DNA of 63,011 bases, the filler included, from Octopus bimaculoides (taxonomy: Eukaryota): the NCBI RefSeq assembly GCF_001194135.2. It is 7 parts of 7 records of this genome, joined end to end, with 100 filler letters (N's around TTAATTAATTAA, not from the genome) between each part and the next. Parts side by side here need not be neighbours in the genome. Positions count along the whole stretch, not along the records: positions 1 to 26,795 come from NC_068986.1; 6 more parts are not named here. One strand, 5' to 3'. The notes under the pieces are model-generated. The model was not told the origin of the DNA. It did not search any database and saw only the letters and a list, made by a program, of their open reading frames with translations. Every line of letters begins with the position of its first letter. Position 1 is the first letter of the stretch. The position numbers and the translations under genes are program-made. This document shows positions 11,625 through 25,458 of the stretch, piece after piece.

Positions 11625-12032
11625 GTCGCAAGCATTACTGCATGGCTTAGAAGATCGCGTTGCAGCAACGCGGTGCCGACTTCAGCCCCGTTGCTCGGCA
11701 CCATGGGCAAATATCTTCTAGTATAACCCTGGTCCGTCCAATGATTTATGAGTGAATTTGGAAGACGGAAATTGTGTGGAATCCCGTCATATATGTATGC
11801 ATGTATGCATGTCTGTATGTGTGTGTGTCTTTGGGTTTGTTCACCCCTCCCGATTGTTAACCGTTATTGGTTTGTCTACCACCTCTTAATCTAGCGGTTC
11901 AGTGAAAGAACCGACAGAATAAGTATCAGACTTTACAAATAAGAACTGAGGTTAGATAAAAGCATTTCAAGGTAGTGCCCCAGTATGGTCGCAGTCTGGT
12001 GGCTGAAACAACTAAATGATAAATGATAAAAG
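11625..12032 (+). mobile_element. SINE family B copy (CORE-like, internal microsatellite), diverged
   Basis: GGCACCATGGGCAAATATCTTCT core, central (TATG)n, family tail. Confidence 0.75.
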
Positions 12033-12379
12033 ACATATATCTGATCTACAGATTTGAATACACTAGTATTCCAGGGATGACCAGTGAACTTACATTTTTA
12101 TCACACCCTAAGCCATAACACACAAAGAACACTTTACAGTATAATCCTAGATATACTATGGTTTGAAAGAAAACAGGATAGTCGTGGTCGGAATGCTTTT
12201 AAATCAGAGCTCCAGAGGTTAACAATAACTGTTGATTCATACTGATATTAAGATTTAAAGAAATTGTCATAACTTAGAAATAGAAATACAGCAGTTCCCG
12301 TTTCTATTTACGTTGAATTTCTGCCTAAGCAAGTTCCTATACAATTTGATAGCAGCTAAATCTCCTGCAAATAGCACTC

Positions 12380-12520
12380 GCGTATTATCGACGGAAGTGT
12401 GCATTGCATAAGGCTAGGTCGAGAAAAAGACGGGATGGTCATACGGAATGTTGTATATGGAAATGCCTTTGATTAGAAGCTTGTTCGATAAGGGTTAACA
12501 CAGAATAAATAGCAACAACA
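12380..12520 (+). mobile_element. CAA-tailed dispersed repeat, probable SINE 3' part; related copies on - at about 16170-16350, 20830-21030, 33590-33700 and 36570-36790
   Basis: Shared GGGATGGTCA...GCCTTTGAT...GGGCTAAACAACAAC ending. Confidence 0.55.
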
Positions 12521-13419
12521 AAAACTGATATAAGGAAAGTCAGTACTTGGCCGTTCGATCTGCTAAAATTAGCAATCAAATCCACATAAATAATAATGCT
12601 GTCTTATAAATGGGAAAACACACATCATAGGAGAAATTAGTCCAGGGTATAACATACCGGGGGAAAATATTATTATAACCGACTTGAAACTAAATAGCAA
12701 CAGCAACGACAGTATCGGCATCAGCAACAACATCAATGACTACTACTACTACTGCTACTGCTGCTGCTGCTACTACTACTACTGCTACTACTACTGCTAC
12801 TATGGTAAGATCAGCAGCAACGACATTGAATTCCATTAGAAGCCAGGTTTGATTATAATTCTATATAGTGTGCCGCATGAGGTAGAAGTTGTCATAGATA
12901 CTGCTGCTAGCAACCACGCTCATTCGTGCATGACTTAAATCAATCAGCTTCTTTAAAAGCATCTTGACTCAAGTAGTAAAGGTGACATTTACAATTATAA
13001 AATAATATGTGGTTTGCTGAATGCGTACTTTTTCCCTAATAAGCTAAATGCTTTGTACACCTGCAATAAAATGTCCGGCTCCTTGACTCAGAAAAATTAT
13101 AATAGCATTTCTCTGATAACGAAATCAGGTTATCCGTGTTTATTTACCTCTTCAAGCGAATTGTGATGACTATAACAAACGCTGTATTAGTGCACTGATT
13201 TCAAGTTGGTTTAATACGACCAAAACATGTACGGAGTTGTCTCCCGTACTTCAGGAAAATCTAGAAACAATTTTAATCATTGACTAACGTTATTTTTACT
13301 TCATCACAAATATTTTTCCTAGTCAGATGATTTTATGCCTCTTGTAGTAACTATGTTAACATTAAAAAGATAAAAGTGAAATACCCTGGACATTGCTGTT
13401 TACGAGTACTTAGACTCAT

Positions 13420-13655
13420 AGGGTCAGTTACTCGTTTTCTATGGCGCATTAGTATAAGTAGCAAAGATCACTTCATTTCTTTTGAACAGGACCCTTGTCC
13501 ATCGCAATGTTCCTCATTTACAGCTGAGCGAATTGGGCAACGTGAAATGAAGTGCTCTGTTCAAGAATACAACACGCTACCCGGTCTGGGAGTCGAAAGC
13601 ACGACCTTGCGGTCGTAAGTGCAATACCCTAACCATTAGGTCATGCACCTTTACA
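13420..13655 (-). mobile_element. tRNA-derived SINE family C (V/CORE-like domain)
   Basis: Plus strand CAGCTGAG...CAACGTGAAATGAAGTG...CCCTAACCATTAGG; homologous to 31565-31730 and 32535-32850. Confidence 0.7.
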
Positions 13656-14588
13656 TGTTAATACTAACTTAACCATTATTCACTATTAACTCGGTACATT
13701 TAAACTTCACAATCTAATTAACCGAGAAATCTTTTCGTTTATTCTTGTCATAAGGAGATATGTCAAAATTTCCCAAATGAATTCGTGGATAACATTAATG
13801 GAAGTCCATTTATAGGTTTATAAATGGGCAAAATAAAGTACAACAGATTCAAGCATGATGAACATTTTAAGAATTCCTACCAAATTTCCAAGGAATATCC
13901 TGCATATCTTTTCAGGAAATATCTTTCTAAAAAAAAAAAAAACACTTTGAGAATCCTAGAACTTAACAAACTCAGAAGGAATCACCGACAAAAGGAACTT
14001 CAGAGATATATTTTTGTTGCATAAGCTAACCTTGGTTCAAATCAAGCTTTGTTAGTTCAATTGCTTAAATAGAAATTCCGTGGAAGTCCGTCAGAGGGAG
14101 TTTTTCTTTTTTTTTTTGGTTGGTAGAGCTAAATTGTCACCCAGTTTAGCATCATCGATATACCCTTGTGTACCTTCCGCAGGGTCCATCCTGTTGTAAG
14201 TATTCAGACTAGATACCCAGTGTGAAGATACTTCCTGAGTTGGGATTGTTCGTCCTTCCCCAGTGAGAAATTATCTTTCTCCTCTAAGCCATAAAAATCA
14301 GATTTCTCGTAATACTCGGCCCTAAATTGGTATTGTGTAGATTATATCCTAATGTATCGAACTGACAGGTATATCCCATGGCTTGCAAGAAATTGCATTA
14401 GAGACAATATTTATGTTCGGTTATTTGGTTTGGAACGTATTAGAAATAAACTTTCATCTTGAATAGGAGCCATAGAGATAAACCATCATAAACACATCTC
14501 ATGAGTTTATCTAAGATCATATGTCAGTTACTGATAAAATCTGATTAAACTGTTCTGTTCTATATGATGAAACTACTAATGCCCATAT

Positions 14589-14817
14589 ATAAATCATCAG
14601 TCCCAGAAAACCATTTGTTCCAGATGATATAGCTACTACTGTCCATTTATAAATCATGTCCCAGAGCACCATTTGTTCCACATGATGTAGTTACTACAGC
14701 TTATATATAAACCATCTGTCCCGGTACATCATTTGTTCCAGATAATTTAGTTCCTACTACCCATACATAAATCATCTGTTCCGGAAGATCATTTGTTTCA
14801 CGATATGTTACTTCAGA
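14589..14817. repeat. Diverged minisatellite, about 60-bp unit, 4 copies
   Basis: Units start ATAAATCATC at 14589, 14649, 14707, 14767 and share CATTTGTT(C/T)CA. Confidence 0.85.
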
Positions 14818-15734
14818 AAAGAGGAAATGTAGTGTGTTATGTCCCAGAAACAGAAAACATATAAAACCGGATGGCCTTTAGCCAAACTTACATACATCGT
14901 TTATGGAATGAGTACCAGTTATACAATGGGGTAAAGATTGCGTGACTGAGTGAACAAAGTGTTCGACTATTCGTTCATGAATGAAAAACTCGATTCTGCT
15001 GTTCACTCAGTCATAAAATATCAACCCAAGAGTATTACTGGTATTCATTCTATCGGTAGTGGAAGGAGGTACGGATTAAACTAAGTCTTCGACCCTTTCA
15101 AGTCAAAGTGACAAGACATAAAAACTGAAAGCGAAATAAGAGATTAAATATTCAGATTTCTTTCGCACCAACTGCTCGACCATAGACTGCAACAATATTA
15201 AATGTAACCCGCTTTTTAAAATTAATTATATCTATTTATCACTAAATGACAGTAATCAATGCAACATAAACAAATTATTTACTTATAACCAAGGCAACAG
15301 GAAAAAATTGCAAATAATCAATCCTTTTTTTTTTTAAATAAAAAAATAGCTTCACGACTCTAGCTTAGCTGAATTATTTGCACCATCGTAAAACTGTCAG
15401 GGCAAAATGACTCGTTTCTTTGCAATCGTAAATACGTGCTTATTTTGGTTAATGGTTAATCAATACCTAGTTGGAGATGTGAAAGGTTAAATGAACCCTG
15501 CAGGCCATTTGAACTCATATCATAATTAGGAGAAACTAATAAACAGAAGACATTATGTCCGGCATAAAACAGCGTGTATCAACTGGAGGGTGTGTCACTG
15601 GGGTCGCCAGATCCAGTGGAAACGCCTGCTAAATCACCTTCAGATCTTATAGTATTGGCTTAAAAATATATATAAATATATAAATCTTCTGGCTAAGCAA
15701 CAACAACAACAACAACAACACCACCACCACCAAC

Positions 15735-15765
<31 letters not shown>

Positions 15766-17119
15766 GTAACTGCAACAGCCACTATAACAATACCTGATTT
15801 AGTAGTTCTTTGTTCAAAAGCTTTCCTGACATGACCATCCCATATTTTTTTTAGATCAGAGATTACAATATCCAGTGAGTGATTTGAGCAATGAATTACG
15901 ACACTCTAATACCGTAGCTCATTTGGCTGTTATTGAAGAATTCAAGAAGGTGAAGTAGGTGCATAGATTCTACTGTTGTTGTTGCTGTTGGTGCTTAGTC
16001 CTAGGTCTACCGAGGTAAATTCTACCAATCATCATTCCTTTTCTGCCGAGGATAGTTTAATCTGGACTACATTTCCAGTAAGGCCTATCTTTTTTTTTTT
16101 AAGCTGATAATATAAGATCATCTTTTATATTTTCCGTTCCAGCTCATGCTTCGATTACCTTGAAATATTTTCGTTGAAGTTGCTGTTTAGCCCAAGGCCG
16201 GCTCTCACAGAAGTACCTATGATCAAAGATATCCCAATTGCAACCATTCACATATCACCTTGGATTACAACAAATTTGTCTTTCTGTATTTTAAAGAAAT
16301 ACTTGAGCGAGATTTAACTACTATTTTCAGCTACTCTAGTGGCCCAACAGAGTTACCCTTAATGACCCATTGTCAGTACATTTAGAAGTAATATCGTTCT
16401 CAACATTTACTTGAATGTTATTTTAAGGTCGATAATTTTAGGTGGTAATATTTAGGAAATTACTGTTTGGTTTATTTCTAGAAGTTAGGTAAACAACGCT
16501 CAGTTTTACACAAATATCAGCTGTAATAATCAGTTGTACATTCACAAAATGAATACAGAAATACTATGCAGATATATTAAATATATAGATACGTAAATAT
16601 ACAGATAAACGAACAGCTTACCTTTAGATTAAAATTTTCCCCGAGTCGCTAATCAGATAAAGAAAATCCACTGAAAGCATGTGTAAATATAAGCAATACA
16701 CCGGTAGCAGGACTGGAGTGAACATCTCCTGTAAGTGTAGCTAGCTGGCTTACTGTCTGATTATATTTACTGATCTGGATCACAGAACAAATAAATACGT
16801 CACAGGTGACTGAGTTTCCTTTAATCTGAATACTACTTCCAGGGTTGTTTCTATAAGTGCAAGCACGCGCGCACACGCACACACACGCATACACACTCAC
16901 AGACAATACACATACACGCACACACACTACTTGTGTAATGCAGTATATAGGACATGTCAAATGACCAATATTGAGAGGGCCACGTGTTCCTTTATAGTTC
17001 AAAAGATACGTTACTGAAGAGAAGTCAAATTATTTTACGAAATAACGTGCTGTTAGTCTCTCATATATATATGACTGTGTATATGTGTATGTGTGTGTGG
17101 GTATGATTGTAAACATATA

Positions 17120-17218
17120 TACATACGCACATACATACGTACATACATACATACATACATACATACATAATACATGTGTGTGTGTATATATGTATATATG
17201 CAAATAAATATATGTATG

Positions 17219-17252
<34 letters not shown>

Positions 17253-17288
17253 TGTATGTATGTATGTATGTATGTGTCTATCTATCTT

Positions 17289-17337
<49 letters not shown>

Positions 17338-17405
17338 TTATCTATCTATCTAGCTAGCTAGCTAGCTATCTGTCTGTTTGTCTGTTTGTCCATCTGTCTA
17401 TCTAT
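17120..17405. repeat. Compound (TACA)/(TATG)/(TCTA) microsatellite
   Basis: Direct. Confidence 0.9.
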
Positions 17406-17893
17406 ATACATTAAGATGTACGGTGTTGTTGGTTGTGGTGCAGATAGAAGTAGTAGTCGTAGTANNNNNNNNNNNNNNNNNNNNNNNNNNNNNNNNNNNN
17501 NNNNNNNNNNNNNNNNNNNNNNNNNNNNNNNNNNNNNNNNNNNNNNNNNNNNNNNNNNNNNNNNNNNNNNNNNNNNNNNNNNNNNNNNNNNNNNNNNNNN
17601 NNNNNNNNNNNNNNNNNNNNNNNNNNNNNNNNNNNNNNNNNNNNNNNNNNGCAGCAGTAGTAGTAGCAAGCAGCAGCATGGATAGTCGTATTATCAATAG
17701 TAACAGTAGTTATAGTGGTATTATAAATTATAATTAAGAATGACAAGAGAAAAGTTGATGAGATTGGATGTGAATGAGAAATTTTGACAGTGACGATAAA
17801 TCTGTATGATGGTGATGATGATGATGATGACGACGACGGCGATGACGAAGCTGTAAACGCATAACTTGCTTTTATTTGTGCTTATACTACTAT

Positions 17894-17967
<74 letters not shown>

Positions 17968-18269
17968 GTCTCAGATTGAAATAGTCGACTATATCGATCT
18001 CAGAACTGTATAGTATAGGTCCAAGAGTATGAAAGGAAAATGCGACAGCAGTGAAATTTAAAATAAGAACGTAATGGGGAGGAACTATTATTTGCCCCAA
18101 TAGCGTCCAATGAGGACATTACAAGAACAGTTTTCAGTCTGTAGGACTGGGGTTACGTAAACACCACGAAGAAAAAGGGAGGGGAGGAGAGGAAAAATGA
18201 GATAAAAGGTAGGTATAGTATACAATACTCGGTTGATGCAGCCCTTCTCTTACAGGTAAACCCCTAGTT

Positions 18270-18820
18270 AGGGCCAGTCGAGGGGCATTACAGTTCCAGG
18301 ATTACCCTGATTCCAGAAGGCACAACTCTTCACCCTACAGTTGTTAGTCAATTTACAGACTCATGTTTAGAGTAGTTCCATTCATTCTAACCATTTTTAC
18401 TACAATCAGCCATCGATTTTATAAATGCGCTCAGTTTTCTTCCCAAATGGAACTTGAAAATGTCGATGAACTTTCATTGTACATGTGGAGAGGGAAAGCC
18501 AAACTCATCACCTGATTTATTCATGGACGACTTTATGATGCAACCGGTTCCCATTTTGAGAGTCTTCTCCGCAGTTGTCAAGCATTTTAGTAAGGAGACT
18601 AAGCTGTCCTTTGATCTGGAGAAATGCAAAAAACTGACAATAAATGCAAGTACTATGACTACTTGAGCAGATAATATAGAACTTCAGGAAGGCGAGATAT
18701 TACAGAAGCTGGACAATTTCGCTTGAACAAATATTTGGAAAACTGGGATTGTGAAAGATGTATGAACAAAGATGGAAAATGACTGTTTTGATGGAGTAAA
18801 AAAAAATATTGTTTCTAATT
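18270..18820 (+). mobile_element. Degenerate R4/Dong reverse transcriptase fragment
   Basis: DLFMDDF...VKHFSKETKLSFDLEKCKKLTI...NIELQEGEILQKL matches Dong HLLFMDDL...FSxDIxMxFGLDKC. Confidence 0.75.
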
Positions 18821-18995
18821 TAAACACAAAGCCAGAAATGTTTTGGGGCGGAGGTTATATCGATCCCAGTACTCGACTGGTACTTTATTTTATTGATCTA
18901 AGAAAGAGGAAAAGCGAGAAAATATTGTGGTATTTATTTCGGCTCTTTACCTTCTGAGTTCAAATGCCGCCGACGGGCTTGAACTCAGAACGTAA
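18820..18995 (-). mobile_element. SINE family A copy (partial)
   Basis: ATCGATCCCAGTACTCGACTGGTACTT...GAACTCAGAACG. Confidence 0.7.
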
Positions 18996-19592
18996 CGATA
19001 AAGAAAAAATAGTCAGAATGAAAACCAAAGAGAGAAAAAAAAGAGAAATTTAGAACTCATCTAAATAGCAAGAATTCTAACAGTTCCATCAACGTATTTG
19101 ACGAATGGCTTCTATCACAGGCTCAGACTTACCAAAAAATCGAAATTTTGGAGACAGAAACTCCGTGGAAGCCACTCGGCATAATCGTCCTAGCTGTTGC
19201 GTGGATAGCTCTAACTTTCGTTCACTCCCTCACCTGGTTCTGGTGTTTCGATTGGGTTGTCCAATTTTTTGCAACTATTCCGACCTCCTGTCCGGTGTGT
19301 GGGTGGTTAAGTTTCTCTCTTTCTCCCACTAGTCACAGTGACCCTGGGCTTTTGAAAGTTGTTGTTCTAGAAATGATAATGGCTTCTAACGTTAGCATAT
19401 GGCTGTAGATTTAGAGACATGGTGGTAGTATAGATGATTATATCGGTTGACCTGCGTATGTGACTGATATTTCATTTTGCTGACTCTGGAAAGATGAAAG
19501 GCAGAGTTGAATCCAACAATAATAATACTATCGCAATTGTTGTTGTCATTGTTGTTGCTGCTGCTGCTGCTGCTGCTACAACAACAACAACA

Positions 19593-19661
<69 letters not shown>

Positions 19662-19959
19662 ATTTCCTGTGCTATTGCAACTTTTGTTGTCGATGATGAT
19701 AATGACCATGATCATGGTGAGTGGAGACCGGAGGACCAGAGACGAAGTGTGATTCAGTATTTACCACTTGTCTCAGCTTTATTGGTGGAATTCTCAACGG
19801 AGTCGAGTTTTGCCTTTCATTTCTTCAAATTTGTTTGTTAGTGTTGTTTAGCCCCTTTGTGTATGTTCTATGTTGAAACCACACAAATATTAGTTTTTCG
19901 CGCTCCCACCGAAACCACTAGAGTTCGATTCCCCGCTTGGGAAGCTGCATTTAGTTTTA

Positions 19960-20107
19960 AAGGAGCAGCTATGACTTTGTGGGTGAGAAGCTTGCTTCCC
20001 AACCCTGTGGTCTTCAGTTCAGTCTCATTGTACGGTACTATAAGCAAGTGTTTTCTGATATAACCGCAGGCCGACCAATGCTTTGTGAGACAGAAACTGG
20101 AAGTCTC

Positions 20108-20152
<45 letters not shown>

Positions 20153-20278
20153 NNNNNNNNNNNNNNNNNNNNNNNNNNNNNNNNNNNNNNNNNNNNNNNN
20201 NNNNNNNNNNNNNNNNNNNNNNNNNNNNNNNNNNNNNNNNNNNNNNNNNNNNTGAGCCCTGTGTGGCTAATAAAGAAA
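19960..20278 (+). mobile_element. SINE family B head with alternative short tail
   Basis: GAAGCTTGCTTCCCAACC...GCAAGTGTTTTCT head; after the gap TGAGCCCTGTGTGGCTAATAAAGAAA. Confidence 0.6.
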
Positions 20279-20527
20279 CCTATCTATCTATCTATCTGTC
20301 TAATCAAGGTGCAGAAACGACGTACTCCGAAGGAATTTAAAGGTAACGTAATCCAAGGGTAGAATAAGAAAATCTATGAATCAGGTACTCCAAACTAGTC
20401 GGAAGGATGCAGAGGATCTGTGTGAGCGTGCGGTAAATAGTCAAATCAAATAAACGAACATTAAAAATAATAATAACAAACAAAAAATGGACGTCTACAT
20501 GGAATGTATTAGTTTGACGGTCGGTAA

Positions 20528-20586
<59 letters not shown>

Positions 20587-21619
20587 GTCTATTTATAATA
20601 GTAAGAAGAGAGAGTTTATATATGGGGGAGGGTGTTTGTGTTTGTTTACATCCCCATAACAGCGGTTCGGCAAAAAAGACCGACAAAATAAGTAGCAGAC
20701 TTTAAAAAAAGAAATGCAGTGGGGCCACTTCGTTCGTCTAAACCTTTTAGGGAGGTGCTCCACCATAAAAGATAAAAATAAGCGATAAATATCTCTCCAG
20801 GGACAATAAATTGAGAAATAACAGTTATTGCGGTCGTTGGTGTTGTTTAGCCTCCCCCTCCCCCCAGCAACCCCGATTAGGCAAATCTATAATCGAAGTC
20901 GTTCAGCTATGATGGTCCTAACTTTTATCAGGCATTGTGTATCTAAGACTACACTCCATTATCATTGTGTTTTCGTTTTTCTAAGTCAGAAGGGTGTCAT
21001 TCTAGGAAGATTTCGTTACTATTTGTAGGACGTTTGATGACTATGTAGACACTTCTTCATTCTGTCAAGGAAGAGGTACCAGTAAATTATTGGGGGTAAA
21101 TATTAACTGTACCGCACTCCAGCACCAAACTACTTTCTTTGTCTACTTAAAAGCAAAGTGGTGTTGTTATGTTCAGACAAACCTGTTATCCAAAATAACC
21201 ATTGGAATCACCAAGTATAATTCTTGGAAACAAGCGACAATCGTATTTGAATTACTTAACCATATAAACACAATTGGAATTAGTAATATAATCTCTAGAA
21301 GATCTATATTAATCTTCTCAAGAACATTAGAGACGTAAATAAGGAATGGAATGATTCTAGCTTGGAACTGAATCTACATCGCATAAGCGGTTCATCTGGT
21401 GCTCTTCAGTAATTATTAACATACATTAAAAAAATACAAGGAATTTCTTTCTATCCAGATCCTTTATATCAATGATTCTTATTGAGGAATAGGCATGGGA
21501 CGATTAAAAAAGGGATCGGATAAATTGAATATATTTAATGCAATGAAGGTAAATTTTAAACATATTAAACTTGTCTAACATCATGGCGAAGGAAAAGAGT
21601 TATATGGATGCATGCATTA

Positions 21620-21995
21620 CCTTTCAATTCTCTCACTCACTGGACTGAGGCCGTGCTGGAGGGTATAGTCGAAAAAATCGACCTCAGTACTTAATTCTAT
21701 CGAATCCTTTGACCGAACCGCAATTACGAGTATGTAAACAAACCAGCACCGGTTGTCAAGTTCTCAGGCGATGGTAGCGGGGACAAGCACAAGCATAAAA
21801 ACACATATATATACTTACACACATACTCATACCCCCCCCCCTCACACACACACACACAGACAACGGGCTTTTACATAGTTGCCATCTACCAAATTCACTC
21901 ACAAGGCACTGATCGATCAGGAACAATAGAAGAAGACACTTGCTAATGGTATCGCACAGTAGGACTGAACCCGAAACCACAGGGTTGCGAAGTTT
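21620..21995 (-). mobile_element. SINE family B copy
   Basis: Colinear with 42820-43243. Confidence 0.8.
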
Positions 21996-22570
21996 AGTGT
22001 AGGATCTTAAAATTAATTTAATGTATTTTCATTTTTCTTGCTTCGTGCAATTATAGAAAGATGTGTAACAAATTTGGTTAACTTTTGTGGGAAATCACTG
22101 TTATATACCGAATCAGTTTGGTATAGTATTTTAAAATGAAGTTAATAAAGCACTTTTGTTTTGTTTAATTACCGAAAGGTGTATAATAAATTTGTGTAAT
22201 AAATTATTCTTATGAGTAATTTGTTAAAATTTAAATTTTTCTAATAATTGAGATTCAAAGTCGCTATTGTCCGTTATCGGATCGTAATAGCTAATACTTT
22301 GATGTTAACATAGCTGACTGGATAAGATAAGAGCTGAACAAACTAGACTAGACATGTAGAGAAAGGTAATCAATCCAAAACAAACAAACGACCTGTTGTT
22401 ATTTAAGTAACGCTTAACATTTTGATAAGAGACCCATTTATAACATTGTTTTAGTAGTTCTCCGGATTTACAATTCTTCTTTGTCATATAATTGTATTTA
22501 TATCTATCATATTTCTTTGTTTTATCTAATTATATTTCGCTGTCTTATTATTTATTATAAGTTTAAAGGG

Positions 22571-22801
22571 TTAACCCTTTAACAGCGAAATTAAATTTCA
22601 TGGTTAATCCAGTAACGACGCTAAATATCTACCAGAAAATAAGAATACGTATTTTGTGCAAGCGACGTCGTTTCGATAAACTTAACATATCTCAATGACA
22701 TTTTTAATCAAAAGGTAGGTAGGTGTATAAAACAGCTTTCTGCAGATAAAGGTAATGAAATTTCGACTGAATATATCTGATTTCCGCAGTAAAAGGGTTG
22801 A
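22571..22801. mobile_element. piggyBac-type MITE (diverged)
   Basis: TTAA-CCCTTTAACAGCGAAAT ... ATTTCCGCAGTAAAAGGG-TTGA imperfect TIRs. Confidence 0.55.
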
Positions 22802-23084
22802 AGTACTGGATCTCTAGCTAAACCGGCCTGCAATAAAAAAAATGCTGCGTTTATGGCCACGAACATTTACAAAATAACTCTTAGTTAACCTTGCTGTAAA
22901 TAGGTACTATGAGTAGGTAGAGCACATTTTCGAAAGTGGCGGGGTAAACTGACTGCTATATTGATGAGAAGTTTGTTAACTAGGAGTGATGAGTTCCAGA
23001 CTTTTGTAAGTGGACGAGCAACGGGAAGCTACATCATCACCCCTGTAATTTCCCTTCCAAGAGATCTTGAATTAAACAAAAGTT

Positions 23085-23400
23085 GTTGCTGCTGTTGTTT
23101 AGCTGCGAATCCACTTTGAGTGAGTTGACTGTTGATCAAGAGTTCTATCTACGACCACCCACATCTTTATTATATCTAAGATTTTATGTTCCATTACTCC
23201 CTATTGCCGCCGCAGGATTTTGTTTGTCCGAAGTGAAGTTCCTGCAACATGCAGAGAACTGCACTGACTTTTCAGATAGAACAGCTTTTCTCTTGGCAGC
23301 TCAGCATCGATTGGAACAGCCACAAGAATGATTCTTAGGTTTTACATCTCTTAGAGAGACGTTTGAACCAGAACTAGGAGACCATCGCTTCCGAGTATTC
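23085..23400 (-). mobile_element. Highly decayed R4/Dong 3' end
   Basis: LRIILVAVPI...GTSLRTNKILRRQ*G resembles IIPxVxGALG...LLGTAxILRR; CAA-type tail. Confidence 0.45.
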
Positions 23401-23737
23401 TTGCTTTCTGTCTCCGTACAGAAGATACATACATTTCAGGGTTTTTCCATTTGAATTTAACTGAATGAAATTATGCACACATTCATGTATACATCTGGAA
23501 TTCCCCCACACAGACACAGATAAACAATAATAAAGCATACATATTTGAGTTCTATTGTGACACGCACACCCACAAGTGCAAGTCTATGCATACATGAGCA
23601 GGTGCGCACAACACGCACTCAGATACGCATACATCAACCAATTCAGTTAAAAACAACCACACAAAGCTGTTTTGACTTAAAGTGACCGGTTTGAATTCTG
23701 CATAGGGAAAAAAATAAATCCCAAAGAAGACCATGCA

Positions 23738-23768
<31 letters not shown>

Positions 23769-24420
23769 GTGCACGCATGTAAAATTACGTATATTCATAC
23801 ATACACGAAAAAATGTTCGCTTGTGGATATCAGTTACTCTCTGGACATCAATGTGATCAGAAAAACGCAGGAGAAGGTCATCTATGGGCCACTGATAAGG
23901 AATTTGCAAATCCATTATCTAAGATACACTTTCAGTTTAGCACCCATTATTATTGAAACAAGAAGACACGTACTAACTCACCTGGAGCAAAGTATAGCTG
24001 ACCTTGTGTTCTTAGGGGAGAGAATGCAACTCTTTATTTCATACGCTACAAATGATCACAGTGTCTGTGGCAATGAAAATTTGCAACACTTTCTTAAGAT
24101 TTAAAGGATGATGAACAAAACAAGATGTTTTCCTTGACAGCGTTGCTACCAAGCAAGTGGCTGGTCAAAATAAACCCTTAGTTATAAAAGAAAAAGGAAA
24201 ACTGCGCGCGCGCACACAAACACACACACATACACATACTCACGTACACACACACATACACATACACACACACATATATAAAACAGTTATAATAATGTAA
24301 ACGTTATCGATGTCACATACATGCGTCCATTAGTTGCGGGGTAGCGTCCTGGGAAACGCTCCTTCTTGATACTGAGTGTTAAAAAGCACTGAATATCTCA
24401 GGCCAAGCGAGACATCTCAC

Positions 24421-24518
24421 CTCGGATGAACGAGAACCGTGGACATCGATATTTCGCTGTCTGTCAGCTCCTCAGCACCATACACACGACTCGACCGGTA
24501 GCGAACCGAATCGTTGAT
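24421..24518 (-). CDS. Candidate internal coding exon, 98 nt, phase 0 to 2 (INDSVRYRSSRVYGAEELTDSEISMSTVLVHP)
   Basis: TTTGCAATATTTCAG acceptor, GAG|GTGAGA donor, exactly one open frame, CpG-rich unique sequence; protein not recognised. Confidence 0.55.
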
Positions 24519-24988
24519 CTGAAATATTGCAAATAGTGTAACGTTTGTTTACTGATGTGCTTTGGCGTAACACAAGCAAAAAAAAAATGAAATTTTGAAT
24601 TAAATGCAGTTCTAATAATGTAAATATTATCGATATCAAATGCGTACTGTGTGTGTTTTGTTTATACGCTCATTAGCTGCAGGATAGAGTTTGTCTAGTT
24701 TATACACACTAGCAAACCGCAAGTAATACAGTGATGTAAGCAGATAGAGAGAAGTGTGACAGATGTTAGTTGAGTGAGTGTCGCACAGAGGAAAAGTTTG
24801 CAATTTTCTTAGCGACATTAATGTAGTTATGTTGTTAATGATTTCAATGGTTATTTTGAAATTTAATGCTGTCTACCATCAGAAATTGAAATAACAACAG
24901 TTATATCTCAACTCTGTCTGTAATTAGATAGAACCAGGCAGCATGGTTGGAGTATGTAAATATTGGAAATCGATTATACATAACGATA

Positions 24989-25045
<57 letters not shown>

Positions 25046-25125
25046 GTTTGTCTATCTGTTTGTCTGTCTGTTCTGTCTGATTGTCTGTCTGTCTGTCTGT
25101 CAGTCTGTCTATGTATGTATGTATG

Positions 25126-25175
<50 letters not shown>

Positions 25176-25405
25176 CGTTTGTACTAACGAAATTCCACGT
25201 GATGTGATATATTTTGTAATCAGGTTTGAATAATGCTACGTCGGTAAGTAAAAGTTTTTTCTCTCGTACATAACGCAGAGGAGATAAACCAGTTACTGAT
25301 TTAGGCTGGACAAGTCGGTAATAATTCTAAAGAAAACGTTTAAAAAACGTCATTTTAAACTGCCCTCTTCACCTGGTGGGTCTGATATTGACTTTGTCAT
25401 CTTGC

Positions 25406-25436
<31 letters not shown>

Positions 25437-25458
25437 TGTATGTATGTATGTATGTATG

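Noticed and set aside
14589-14817. CRISPR-like array
   Set aside because: Contiguous diverged units with no unique spacers, eukaryotic context, no cas genes.
16622-16670. Minus-strand exon with TTTCAG acceptor and AAG|GTAAGC donor
   Set aside because: Stops in all three frames; at most a non-coding or poison exon, unsupported.
19895-19945. tRNA gene (GAGTTCGATTCCCCG)
   Set aside because: Only a B-box-like T arm; no cloverleaf.
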